This document shows positions 1 through 13,100 of a stretch of DNA of 64,000 nucleotides, piece by piece. A program made the position numbers and the translations under genes. Location of the stretch: assembly GCF_009914755.1 (NCBI RefSeq), contig NC_060938.1, one strand, 5' to 3'. Position 1 is the first letter of the stretch. The number at the start of each line of letters is the position of its first letter. This DNA is from the human T2T-CHM13v2.0 reference genome, Homo sapiens. Under the pieces are notes generated by a model. The model was not told the DNA's origin. It did not search any database and saw only the letters and a list, made by a program, of their open reading frames with translations.

Positions 1-3000
1 GAGGCGGGGTCAGAGGAATAGAAAGGGATAGGGCTGAAGAACACAGGTCGCTGCATTTAGAAAGGAAGCGGGGTCAGAGGAATAGAAAGGGACAGGGCTG
101 AAGAACACACGTCGCTGCATTTAGAAAGGAGGCGGGGTCAGAGGAATAGAAAGGGATAGGGCTGAAGAACAGAGGTCGCTGCATTTAGAAAGGAGGCGGG
201 GTCAGAGGAATAGAAAGGGATAGGCCTGAAGAACACAGGTCGCTGCATTTAGAAAGGAGGCGGGGTCAGAGGAATAGAAAGGGATAGGGCTGAAGAACAG
301 AGGTCGCTGCATTTAGAAAGGAGGCGGGGTCAGAGGAATAGAAAGGGACAGGGCCTGAAGAACACAGGTCGCTGCATTTAGAAAGGAGGCGGGGTCAGAG
401 GAATAGAAAGGGATAAGGCTGAAGAACACAGGTCGCTGCATTTAGAAAGGAGGCGGGGTCAGAGGAATAGAAAGGGATAGGGCTGAAGAACACAGGTCGC
501 TGCATTTAGAAAGGAGGCGGGGTCAGAGGAATAGAAAGGGATAGGGCTGAAGAACACAGGTCGCTGCATTTAGAAAGGAGGCGGGGTCAGAGGAATAGAA
601 AGGGATAGGGCTGAAGAACACAGGTCGCTGCATTTAGAAAGGAGGCGGGGTTAGAGGAATAGAAAGGGACAGGGCTGAAGAACACAGGTCGCTGCATTTA
701 GAAAGGAGGCGGGGTCAGAGGAATAGAAAGGGACAGGGCTGAAGAACACAGGTCGCTGCATTTAGAAAGGAGGCGGGGTCAGAGGAATAGAAAGGGACAG
801 GGCTGAAGAACACAGGTCGCTGCATTTAGAAAGGAGGCGGGGTCAGAGGAATAGAAAGGGACACGGCTGAAGAACACAGGTCGCTGCATTTAGAAAGGAG
901 GCGGGGTCAGAGGAATAGAAAGGGATAGGCCTGAAGAACACAGGTCGCTGCATTTAGAAAGGAGGCGGGGTCAGAGGAATAGAAAGGGATAGGGCTGAAG
1001 AACACAGGTCGCTGCATTTAGAAAGGAGGCGGGGTCAGAGGAATAGAAAGGGATAGGGCTGAAGAACACAGGTCGCTGCATTTAGAAAGGAGGCGGGGTT
1101 AGAGGAATAGAAAGGGACAGGGCTGAAGAACACAGGTCGCTGCATTTAGAAAGGAGGCGGGGTCAGAGGAATAGAAAGGGACAGGGCTGAAGAACACAGG
1201 TCGCTGCATTTAGAAAGGAGGTGGGGTCAGAGGAATAGAAAGGGACAGGGCTGAAGAACACAGGTCGCTGCATTTAGAAAGGAGGCGGGGTCAGAGGAAT
1301 TGAAAGGGACAGGGCTGAAGAACACAGGTCGCTGCATTTAGAAAGGAGGCGGGGTCAGAGGAATAGAAAGGGACAGGGCTGAAGAACACAGGTCGCTGCA
1401 TTTAGAAAGGAGGCGGGGTCAGAGGAATAGAAAGGGATAGGCCTGAAGAACACAGGTCGCTGCATTTAGAAAGGAGGCGGGGTCAGAGGAATAGAAAGGG
1501 ACAGGGCTGAAGAACACAGGTCGCTGCATTTAGAAAGGAGGCGGGGTCAGAGGAATAGAAAGGGACAGGGCTGAAGAACACAGGTCGCTGCATTTAGAAA
1601 GGAGGCGGGGTCAGAGGAATAGAAAGGGATAGGCCTGAAGAACACAGGTCGCTGCATTTAGAAAGGAGGCGGGGTCAGAGGAATAGAAAGGGACAGGGCT
1701 GAAGAACACAGGTCGCTGCATTTAGAAAGGAGGCGGGGTCAGAGGAATAGAAAGGGACAGGGCTGAAGAACACAGGTCGCTGCATTTAGAAAGGAGGCGG
1801 GGTCAGAGGAATAGAAAGGGACAGGACAGAAGAACACAGGTCGCTGCACTTAGAAAGGAGGCGGGGTCAGAGGAATAGAAAGGGACAGGGCTGAAGAACA
1901 GAGGTCGCTGCATTTAGAAAGGAGGCGGGGTCAGAGGAATAGAAAGGGACAGGGCTGAAGAACACAGGTCGCTGCATTTAGAAAGGAGGCGGGGTCAGAG
2001 GAATAGAAAGGGACAGGGCTGAAGAACACAGGTCGCTGCATTTAGAAAGGAGGCGGGGTCAGAGGAATAGAAAGGGACAGGACAGAAGAACACAGGTCGC
2101 TGCACTTAGAAAGGAGGCGGGGTCAGAGGAATAGAAAGGGACAGGGCTGAAGAACAGAGGTCGCTGCATTTAGAAAGGAGGCGGGGTCAGAGGAATAGAA
2201 AGGGATAGGGCTGAAGAACAGAGGTCGCTGCATTTAGAAAGGAGGCGGGGTCAGAGGAATAGAAAGGGACAGGGCTGAAGAACACAGGTCGCTGCATTTA
2301 GAAAGGAGGCGGGGTCAGAGGAATAGAAAGGGACAGGGCTGAAGAACACAGGTCGCTGCATTTAGAAAGGAGGCGGGGTCAGAGGAATAGAAAGGGACAG
2401 GGCTGAAGAACACAGGTCGCTGCATTTAGAAAGGAGGCGGGGTCAGAGGAATAGAAAGGGACAGGGCTGAAGAACAGAGGTCGCTGCATTTAGAAAGGAG
2501 GCGGGGTCAGAGGAATAGAAAGGGATAGGCCTGAAGAACAGAGGTCGCTGCATTTAGAAAGGAGGCGGGGTCAGAGGAATAGAAAGGGATAGGGATGAAG
2601 AACACAGGTCGCTGCATTTAGAAAGGAGGCGGGGTCAGAGGAATAGAAAGGGATAGGGATGAAGAACAGAGGTCGCTGCATTTAGAAAGGAGGCGCGGTC
2701 AGAGGAATAGAAAGGGATAGGGATGAAGAACAGAGGTCGCTGCATTTAGAAAGGAGGCGGGGTCAGAGGAATAGAAAGGGATAGGCCTGAAGAACAGAGG
2801 TCGCTGCATTTAGAAAGGAGGCGGGGTCAGAGGAATAGAAAGGGACAGGGCTGAAGAACACAGGTCGCTGCATTTAGAAAGGAGGCGGGGTCAGAGGAAT
2901 AGAAAGGGATAGGGCTGAAGAACACAGGTCGCTGCATTTAGAAAGGAGGCGGGGTCAGAGGAATAGAAAGGGATAGGGCTGAAGAACACAGGTCGCTGCA

Positions 3001-3299
3001 TTTAGAAAGGAGGAGGGGTTAGAGGAATAGAAAGGGACAGGGCTGAAGAACACAGGTCGCTGCATTTAGAAAGGAGGCGGGGTCAGAGGAATAGAAAGGG
3101 ACAGGGCTGAAGAACACAGGTCGCTGCATTTAGAAAGGAGGCGGGGTCAGAGGAATAGAAAGGGACAGGGCTGAAGAACACAGGTCGCTGCATTTAGAAA
3201 GGAGGCGGAGTCAGAGGAATAGAAAGGGATAGGACTGAAGAACAGAGGTCGCTGCATTTAGAAAGGAGGCGGGGTCAGAGGAATAGAAAGGGACAGGGC

Positions 3300-6200
3300 T
3301 GAAGAACACAGGTCGCTGCATTTAGAAAGGAGGCGGGGTCAGAGGAATAGAAAGGGACAGGGCTGAAGAACACAGGTCGCTGCATTTAGAAAGGAGGCGG
3401 GGTCAGAGGAATAGAAAGGGACAGGACTGAAGAACACAGGTCGCTGCATTTAGAAAGGAGGCGGGGTCAGAGGAATAGAAAGGGACAGGGCTGAAGAACA
3501 CAGGTCGCTGCATTTAGAAAGGAGGCGGGGTCAGAGGAATAGAAAGGGACAGGGCTGAAGAACACAGGTCGCTGCATTTAGAAAGGAGGCGGGCTCAGAG
3601 GAATAGAAAGGGATAGGACTGAAGAACACAGGTCGCTGCATTTAGAAAGGAGGCGGGGTCAGAGGAATAGAAAGGGATAGGACAGAAGAACACAGGTCGC
3701 TGCATTTAGAAAGGAGGCGGGGTCAGAGGAATAGAAAGGGATGGGGCTGAAGAACAGAGGTCGCAGCATTTAGAAAGGAGGCGGGGTCAGAGGAATAGAA
3801 AGGGACAGGGCTGAAGAACAGAGGTCGCTGCATTTAGAAAGGAGGCGGGGTCAGAGGAATAGAAAGGGATAGGGCTGAAGAACACAGGTCGCTGCCTTTA
3901 GAAAGGAGGCGGGGTCAGAGGAATAGAAAGGGATAGGGCTGAAGAACAGAGGTCGCTTCATTTAGAAAGGAGGCGGGGTCAGAGGAATAGAAAGGGACAG
4001 GGCTGAAGAACAGAGGTCGCTGCATTTAGAAAGGAGGCGGGGTCAGAAGAATAGAAAGGGACAGGGCTGAAGAACACAGGTCGCTGCATTTAGAAAGGAG
4101 GCGGGGTCAGAGGAATAGAAAGGGACAGGGCTGAAGAACAGAGGTCGCTGCATTTAGAAAGGAGGCGGGGTCAGAGGAATAGAAAGGGATAGGGCTGAAG
4201 AACACAGGTCGCTGCATTTAGAAAGGAGGCGGGGTCAGAGGAATAGAAAGGGATAGGGCTGAAGAACAGAGGTCGCTTCATTTAGAAACGAGGCGGGGTC
4301 AGAGGAATAGAAAGGGATAGGACTGAAGAACACAGGTCGCTGCATTTAGAAAGGAGGCGGGGTCAGAGGAATAGAAAGGGATAGGCCTGAAGAACACAGG
4401 TCGCTGCATTTAGAAAGGAGGCGGGGTCAGAGGAATAGAAAGGGACAGGGCTGAAGAACAGAGGTCGCTGCATTTAGAAAGGAGGCGGGGTCAGAGGAAT
4501 AGAAAGGGACAGGACAGAAGAACACAGGTCGCTGCATTTAGAAAGGAGGCGGGGTCAGAGGAATAGAAAGGGATAGGGCTGAAGAACACAGGTCGCTGCA
4601 TTTAGAAAGGACGCGGGGTCAGAGGAATAGAAAGGGACAGGACAGAAGAACACAGGTCGCTGCATTTAGAAAGGAGGCGGGGTCAGAGGAATAGAAAGGG
4701 ACAGGGCTGAAGAACACAGGTCGCTGCATTTAGAAAGGAGGCGGGGTCAGAGGAATAGAAAGGGACAGGACAGAAGAACACAGGTCGCTGCATTTAGAAA
4801 GGAGGCGGGGTCAGAGGAATAGAAAGGGATAGGGCTGAAGAACAGAGGTCGCTGCATTTAGAAAGGAGGCGGGGTCAGAGGAATAGAAAGGGATAGGGCT
4901 GAAGAACACAGGTCGCTGCATTTAGAAAGGAGGCGGGGTCAGAGGAATAGAAAGGGACAGGGCTGAAGAACACAGGTCGCTGCATTTAGAAAGGAGGCGG
5001 GGTCAGAGGAATAGAAAGGGATAGGGGTGAAGAACAGAGGTCACTGCATTTAGAAAGGAGGCGGGGTTAGAGGAATAGAAAGGGACAGGGCTGAAGAACA
5101 CAGGTCGCTGCATTTAGAAAGGAGGCGGGGTCAGAGGAATAGAAAGGGACAGGGCTGAAGAACACAGGTCGCTGCATTTAGAAAGGAGGCGGGGTCAGAG
5201 GAATAGAAAGGGACAGGGCTGAAGAACACAGGTCGCTGCATTTAGAAAGGAGGCGGGGTCAGAGGAATAGAAAGGGACAGGGCTGAAGAACACAGGTCGC
5301 TGCATTTAGAAAGGAGGCGGGGTCAGAGGAATAGAAAGGGACAGGGCTGAAGAACACAGGTCGCTGCATTTAGAAAGGAGGCGGGGTTAGAGGAATAGAA
5401 AGGGACAGGGCTGAAGAACAGAGGTCGCTGCATTTAGAAAGGAGGCGGGGTCAGAGGAATAGAAAGGGATGGGCCTGAAGAACAGAGGTCGCTGCATTTA
5501 GAAAGGAGGCGGGGTCAGAGGAATAGAAAGGGATAGGGATGAAGAACACAGGTCGCTGCATTTAGAAAGGAGGCGGGGTCAGAGGAATAGAAAGGGATAG
5601 GCCTGAAGAACAGAGGTCGCTGCATTTAGAAAGGAGGCGGGGTCAGAAGAATAGAAAGGGATAGGCCTGAAGAACAGAGGTCGCTGCATTTAGAAAGGAG
5701 GCGGGGTTAGAGGAATAGAAAGGGACAGGGCTGAAGAACACAGGTCGCTGCATTTAGAAAGGAGGCGGGGTCAGAGGAATAGAAAGGGACAGGACTGAAG
5801 AACACAGGTCGCTGCATTTAGAAAGGAGGCGGGGTCAGAGGAATAGAAAGGGACAGGGCTGAAGAACACAGGTCGCTGCATTTAGAAAGGAGGCGGGGTC
5901 AGAGGAATAGAAAGGGACAGGGCTGAAGAACAGAGGTCGCTGCATTTAGAAAGGAGGCGGGGTCAGAGGAATAGAAAGGGACAGGGCTGAAGAACACAGG
6001 TCGCTGCATTTAGAAAGGAGGCGGGGTCAGAGGAATAGAAAGGGACAGGGCTGAAGAACACAGGTCACTGCATTTAGAAAGGAGGCGGGGTCAGAGGAAT
6101 AGAAAGGGACAGGGCTGAAGAACACAGGTTGCTGCATTTAGAAAGGAGGCGGGGTCAGAGGAATAGAAAGGGACAGGGCTGAAGAACACAGGTCGCTGCA

Positions 6201-9200
6201 TTTAGAAAGGAGGCGGGGTCAGAGGAATAGAAAGGGATAGGACTGAAGAACACAGGTCGCTGCATTTAGAAAGGAGGCGGGGTCAGAGGAATAGAAAGGG
6301 ATAGGCCTGAAGAACACAGGTCGCTGCATTTAGAAAGGAGGCGGGGTCAGAGGAATAGAAAGGGACAGGGCTGAAGAACAGAGGTCGCTGCATTTAGAAA
6401 GGAGGCGGGGTCAGAGGAATAGAAAGGGACAGGGCTGAAGAACAGAGGTCGCTGCATTTAGAAAGGAGGCGGGGTCAGAGGAATAGAAAGGGACAGGACA
6501 GAAGAACACAGGTCGCTGCATTTAGAAAGGAGGCGGGGTCAGAGGAATAGAAAGGGATAGGGCTGAAGAACACAGGTCGCTGCATTTAGAAAGGAGGCGG
6601 GGTCAGAGGAATAGAAAGGGATAGGGCTGAAGAACAGAGGTCGCTGCATTTAGAAAGGAGGCGGGGTCAGTAGAATAGAAAGGGAGAGGACAGAAGAACA
6701 CAGGTCGCTGCATTTAGAAAGGAGGCGGGGTCAGAGGAATAGAAAGGGATAGGGCTGAAGAACACAGGTCGCTGCATTTAGAAAGGAGGCGGGGTTAGAG
6801 GAATAGAAAGGGATAGGGCTGAAGAACACAGGTCGCTGCATTTAGAAAGGAGGCGGGGTCAGAGGAATAGAAAGGGATAGGGCTGAAGAACACAGGTCGC
6901 TGCATTTAGAAAGGAGGCGGGGTCAGAGGAATAGAAAGGGACAGGGCTGAAGAACACAGGTCGCTGCATTTAGAAAGGAGGCGGGGTCAGAGGAATAGAA
7001 AGGGATGGGGCTGAAGAACAGAGGTCGCTGCATTTAGAAAGGAGGCGGGGTCAGAGGAATAGAAAGGGATGGGGCTGAAGAACAGAGGTCGCTGCATTTA
7101 GAAAGGAGGCGGGGTCAGAGGAATAGAAAGGGACAGGGCTGAAGAACACAGGTCGCTGCATTTAGAAAGGAGGCGGGGTCAGAGGAATAGAAAGGGACAG
7201 GGCTGAAGAACACAGGTCGCTGCATTTAGAAAGGATGCGGGGTCAGAGGAATAGAAAGGGACAGGGCTGAAGAACAGAGGTCGCTGCATTTAGAAAGGAG
7301 GCGGGGTCAGAGGAATAGAAAGGGACAGGGCTGAAGAACAGAGGTCGCTGCATTTAGAAAGGAGGCGGGGTCAGAGGAATAGAAAGGGATAGGCCTGAAG
7401 AACACAGGTCGCTGCATTTAGAAAGGAGGCGGGGTCAGAGGAATAGAAAGGGACAGGGCTGAAGAACACAGGTCGCTGCATTTAGAAAGGAGGCGGGGTC
7501 AGAGGAATAGAAAGGGATAGGGCTGAAGAACAGAGGTCGCTTCATTTAGAAAGGAGGCGGGGTCAGAGGAATAGAAAGGGATGGGGCTGAAGAACAGAGG
7601 TCGCTGCATTTAGAAAGGAGGCGGGGTCAGTAGAATAGAAAGGGACAGGACAGAAGAACACAGGTCGCTGCATTTAGAAAGGAGGCGGGGTCAGAGGAAT
7701 AGAAAGGGACAGGGCTGAAGAACACAGGTCGCTGCATTTAGAAAGGAGGCGGGGTCAGAGGAATAGAAAGGGACAGGGCTGAAGAACACAGGTCGCTGCA
7801 TTTAGAAAGGAGGCGGGGTCAGAGGAATAGAAAGGGAGGGGGCTGAAGAACAGAGGTCGCTGCATTTAGAAAGGAGGCGGGGTCAGAGGAATGGAAAGGG
7901 ACGGGGCTGAAGAACAGAGGTCGCTGCATTTAGAAAGGAGGCGGGGTCAGAGGAATAGAAAGGGACAGGGCTGAAGAACACAGGTCGCTGCATTTAGAAA
8001 GGAGGCGGGGTCAGAGGAATAGAAAGGGATAGGGCTGAAGAACACAGGTCGCTGCATTTAGAAAGGAGGCGGGGTTAGAGGTATAGAAAGGGACAGGGCT
8101 GAAGAACAGAGGTCGCTGCATTTAGAAAGGAGGCGGGGTCAGAGGAATAGAAAGGGATAGGCCTGAAGAACAGAGGTCGCTGCATTTAGAAAGGAGGCGG
8201 GGTCAGAGGAATAGAAAGGGACAGGGCTGAAGAACACAGGTCGCTGCATTTAGAAAGGAGGCGGGGTCAGAGGAATAGAAAGGGACAGGGATGAAGAACA
8301 CAGGTCGCTGCATTTAGAAAGGAGGCGGGGTCAGAGGAATAGAAAGGGATAGGGCTGAAGAAAACAGGTCGCTGCATTTAGAAAGGAGGCGGGGTCAGAG
8401 GAATAGAAAGGGACAGGGCTGAAGAACACAGGTCGCTGCATTTAGAAAGGAGGCGGGGTCAGAGGAATAGAAAGGGACAGGGCTGAAGAACACAGGTCGC
8501 TGCATTTAGAAAGGAGGCGGGGTCAGAGGAATAGAAAGGGACTGGGCTGAAGAACACAGGTCGCTGCATTTAGAAAGGAGGCGGGGTCAGAGGAATAGAA
8601 AGGGATAGGGCTGAAGAACAGAGGTCGCTGCATTTAGAAAGGAGGCGGGGTCAGAGGAATAGAAAGGGATAGGGCTGAAGAACACAGGTCGCTGCATTTA
8701 GAAAGGAGGCGGGGTCAGAGGAATAGAAAGGGATAGGACTGAAGAACACAGGTCGCTGCATTTAGAAAGGAGGCGGGGTCAGAGGAATAGAAAGGGACAG
8801 GGCTGAAGAACAGAGGTCGCTGCATTTAGAAAGGAGGCGGGGTCAGAGGAATAGAAAGGGACAGGGCTGAAGAACACAGGTCGCTGCATTTAGAAAGGAG
8901 GCGGGGTCAGAGGAATAGAAAGGGACAGGGCTGAAGAACACAGGTCGCTGCATTTAGAAAGGAGGCGGGGTCAGAGGAATAGAAAGGGACAGGGCTGAAG
9001 AACAGAGGTCGCTGCATTTAGAAAGGAGGCGGGGTCAGAGGAATAGAAAGGGATAGGGCTGAAGAACACAGGTCGCTGCATTTAGAAAGGAGGCGGGGTC
9101 AGAGGAATAGAAAGGGATAGGGCTGAAGAACAGAGGTCGCTTCATTTAGAAAGGAGGCGGGGTCAGAGGAATAGAAAGGGATGGGGCTGAAGAACAGAGG

Positions 9201-9800
9201 TCGCTGCATTTAGAAAGGAGGCGGGGTCAGAGGAATAGAAAGGGACGGGGCTGAAGAACAGAGGTCGCTGCATTTAGAAAGGAGGCGGGGTCAGAGGAAT
9301 AGAAAGGGATAGGCCTGAAGAACAGAGGTCGCTGCATTTAGAAAGGAGGCGGGGTCAGAGGAATAGAAAGGGACAGGGCTGAAGAACACAGGTCGCTGCA
9401 TTTAGAAAGGAGGCGGGGTCAGAGGAATAGAAAGGGACAGGGCTGAAGAACAGAGGTCGCTGCATTTAGAAAGGAGGCGGGGTCAGAGGAATAGAAAGGG
9501 ATAGGGCTGAAGAACACAGGTCGCTGCATTTAGAAAGGAGGCGGGGTCAGAGGAATAGAAAGGGATAGGGCTGAAGAACAGAGGTCGCTTCATTTAGAAA
9601 CGAGGCGGGGTCAGAGGAATAGAAAGGGATAGGACTGAAGAACACAGGTCGCTGCATTTAGAAAGGAGGCGGGGTCAGAGGAATAGAAAGGGATAGGCCT
9701 GAAGAACACAGGTCGCTGCATTTAGAAAGGAGGCGGGGTCAGAGGAATAGAAAGGGACAGGGCTGAAGAACAGAGGTCGCTGCATTTAGAAAGGAGGCGG
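3300..9800 (+). repeat. Higher-order duplicated block A, copy 1 (107-monomer offset to copy 2)
   Basis: Rare variants recur exactly 6848 bp (107x64) downstream: 3594/10442, 3896/10744, 4289/11137, 4612/11460, 5043/11891, 6686/13534, 7236/14084, 7893/14741. Boundaries are approximate. Confidence 0.9.
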
Positions 9801-10149
9801 GGTCAGAGGAATAGAAAGGGACAGGGCTGAAGAACACAGGTCGCTGCATTTAGAAAGGAGGCGGGGTCAGAGGAATAGAAAGGGACAGGGCTGAAGAACA
9901 CAGGTCGCTGCATTTAGAAAGGAGGCGGGGTCAGAGGAATAGAAAGGGACAGGACTGAAGAACACAGGTCGCTGCATTTAGAAAGGAGGCGGGGTCAGAG
10001 GAATAGAAAGGGACAGGGCTGAAGAACACAGGTCGCTGCATTTAGAAAGGAGGCGGGGTCAGAGGAATAGAAAGGGACAGGGCTGAAGAACATAGGTCGC
10101 TGCATTTAGAAAGGAGGCGGGGTCAGAGGAATAGAAAGGGACAGGGCTG

Positions 10150-13100
10150 AAGAACACAGGTCGCTGCATTTAGAAAGGAGGCGGGGTCAGAGGAATAGAA
10201 AGGGACAGGGCTGAAGAACACAGGTCACTGCATTTAGAAAGGAGGCGGGGTCAGAGGAATAGAAAGGGACAGGGCTGAAGAACACAGGTCGCTGCATTTA
10301 GAAAGGAGGCGGGGTCAGAGGAATAGAAAGGGACAGGGCTGAAGAACACAGGTCGCTGCATTTAGAAAGGAGGCGGGGTCAGAGGAATAGAAAGGGACAG
10401 GGCTGAAGAACACAGGTCGCTGCATTTAGAAAGGAGGCGGGCTCAGAGGAATAGAAAGGGATAGGACTGAAGAACACAGGTCGCTGCATTTAGAAAGGAG
10501 GCGGGGTCAGAGGAATAGAAAGGGATAGGACAGAAGAACACAGGTCGCTGCATTTAGAAAGGAGGCGGGGTCAGAGGAATAGAAAGGGATGGGGCTGAAG
10601 AACAGAGGTCGCAGCATTTAGAAAGGAGGCGGGGTCAGAGGAATAGAAAGGGACAGGGCTGAAGAACAGAGGTCGCTGCATTTAGAAAGGAGGCGGGGTC
10701 AGAGGAATAGAAAGGGATAGGGCTGAAGAACACAGGTCGCTGCCTTTAGAAAGGAGGCGGGGTCAGAGGAATAGAAAGGGATAGGGCTGAAGAACAGAGG
10801 TCGCTTCATTTAGAAAGGAGGCGGGGTCAGAGGAATAGAAAGGGACAGGGCTGAAGAACAGAGGTCGCTGCATTTAGAAAGGAGGCGGGGTCAGAGGAAT
10901 AGAAAGGGACAGGGCTGAAGAACAGAGGTCGCTGCATTTAGAAAGGAGGCGGGGTCAGAGGAATAGAAAGGGACAGGGCTGAAGAACACAGGTCGCTGCA
11001 TTTAGAAAGGAGGCGGGGTCAGAGGAATAGAAAGGGACAGGGCTGAAGAACAGAGGTCGCTGCATTTAGAAAGGAGGCGGGGTCAGAGGAATAGAAAGGG
11101 ATAGGGCTGAAGAACAGAGGTCGCTTCATTTAGAAACGAGGCGGGGTCAGAGGAATAGAAAGGGATAGGACTGAAGAACACAGGTCGCTGCATTTAGAAA
11201 GGAGGCGGGGTCAGAGGAATAGAAAGGGATAGGCCTGAAGAACACAGGTCGCTGCATTTAGAAAGGAGGCGGGGTCAGAGGAATAGAAAGGGACAGGGCT
11301 GAAGAACAGAGGTCGCTGCATTTAGAAAGGAGGCGGGGTCAGAGGAATAGAAAGGGACAGGACAGAAGAACACAGGTCGCTGCATTTAGAAAGGAGGCGG
11401 GGTCAGAGGAATAGAAAGGGATAGGGCTGAAGAACACAGGTCGCTGCATTTAGAAAGGACGCGGGGTCAGAGGAATAGAAAGGGACAGGACAGAAGAACA
11501 CAGGTCGCTGCATTTAGAAAGGAGGCGGGGTCAGAGGAATAGAAAGGGACAGGGCTGAAGAACACAGGTCGCTGCATTTAGAAAGGAGGCGGGGTCAGAG
11601 GAATAGAAAGGGACAGGACAGAAGAACACAGGTCGCTGCATTTAGAAAGGAGGCGGGGTCAGAGGAATAGAAAGGGATAGGGCTGAAGAACAGAGGTCGC
11701 TGCATTTAGAAAGGAGGCGGGGTCAGAGGAATAGAAAGGGATAGGGCTGAAGAACACAGGTCGCTGCATTTAGAAAGGAGGCGGGGTCAGAGGAATAGAA
11801 AGGGACAGGGCTGAAGAACACAGGTCGCTGCATTTAGAAAGGAGGCGGGGTCAGAGGAATAGAAAGGGATAGGGGTGAAGAACAGAGGTCACTGCATTTA
11901 GAAAGGAGGCGGGGTTAGAGGAATAGAAAGGGACAGGGCTGAAGAACACAGGTCGCTGCATTTAGAAAGGAGGCGGGGTCAGAGGAATAGAAAGGGACAG
12001 GGCTGAAGAACACAGGTCGCTGCATTTAGAAAGGAGGCGGGGTCAGAGGAATAGAAAGGGACAGGGCTGAAGAACACAGGTCGCTGCATTTAGAAAGGAG
12101 GCGGGGTCAGAGGAATAGAAAGGGACAGGGCTGAAGAACACAGGTCGCTGCATTTAGAAAGGAGGCGGGGTCAGAGGAATAGAAAGGGACAGGGCTGAAG
12201 AACACAGGTCGCTGCATTTAGAAAGGAGGCGGGGTTAGAGGAATAGAAAGGGACAGGGCTGAAGAACAGAGGTCGCTGCATTTAGAAAGGAGGCGGGGTC
12301 AGAGGAATAGAAAGGGATGGGCCTGAAGAACAGAGGTCGCTGCATTTAGAAAGGAGGCGGGGTCAGAGGAATAGAAAGGGATAGGGATGAAGAACACAGG
12401 TCGCTGCATTTAGAAAGGAGGCGGGGTCAGAGGAATAGAAAGGGATAGGCCTGAAGAACAGAGGTCGCTGCATTTAGAAAGGAGGCGGGGTCAGAAGAAT
12501 AGAAAGGGATAGGCCTGAAGAACAGAGGTCGCTGCATTTAGAAAGGAGGCGGGGTTAGAGGAATAGAAAGGGACAGGGCTGAAGAACACAGGTCGCTGCA
12601 TTTAGAAAGGAGGCGGGGTCAGAGGAATAGAAAGGGACAGGACTGAAGAACACAGGTCGCTGCATTTAGAAAGGAGGCGGGGTCAGAGGAATAGAAAGGG
12701 ACAGGGCTGAAGAACACAGGTCGCTGCATTTAGAAAGGAGGCGGGGTCAGAGGAATAGAAAGGGACAGGGCTGAAGAACAGAGGTCGCTGCATTTAGAAA
12801 GGAGGCGGGGTCAGAGGAATAGAAAGGGACAGGGCTGAAGAACACAGGTCGCTGCATTTAGAAAGGAGGCGGGGTCAGAGGAATAGAAAGGGACAGGGCT
12901 GAAGAACACAGGTCACTGCATTTAGAAAGGAGGCGGGGTCAGAGGAATAGAAAGGGACAGGGCTGAAGAACACAGGTTGCTGCATTTAGAAAGGAGGCGG
13001 GGTCAGAGGAATAGAAAGGGACAGGGCTGAAGAACACAGGTCGCTGCATTTAGAAAGGAGGCGGGGTCAGAGGAATAGAAAGGGATAGGACTGAAGAACA

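Noticed and set aside
15-19. GGAAT pentamer reminiscent of human satellite II/III
   Set aside because: There is only one copy per 64-bp unit and no (GGAAT)n or (CATTC)n periodicity.
38-52. AGAACA steroid-receptor half-site
   Set aside because: The partner half-site after a 3-bp spacer is GTCGCT rather than TGTTCT, so there is no credible palindromic response element.
61-140. AAAGGAGG Shine-Dalgarno-like motif in nearly every unit
   Set aside because: No start codon with a usable ORF follows, and the context is a eukaryote-type satellite, so the match is coincidental.
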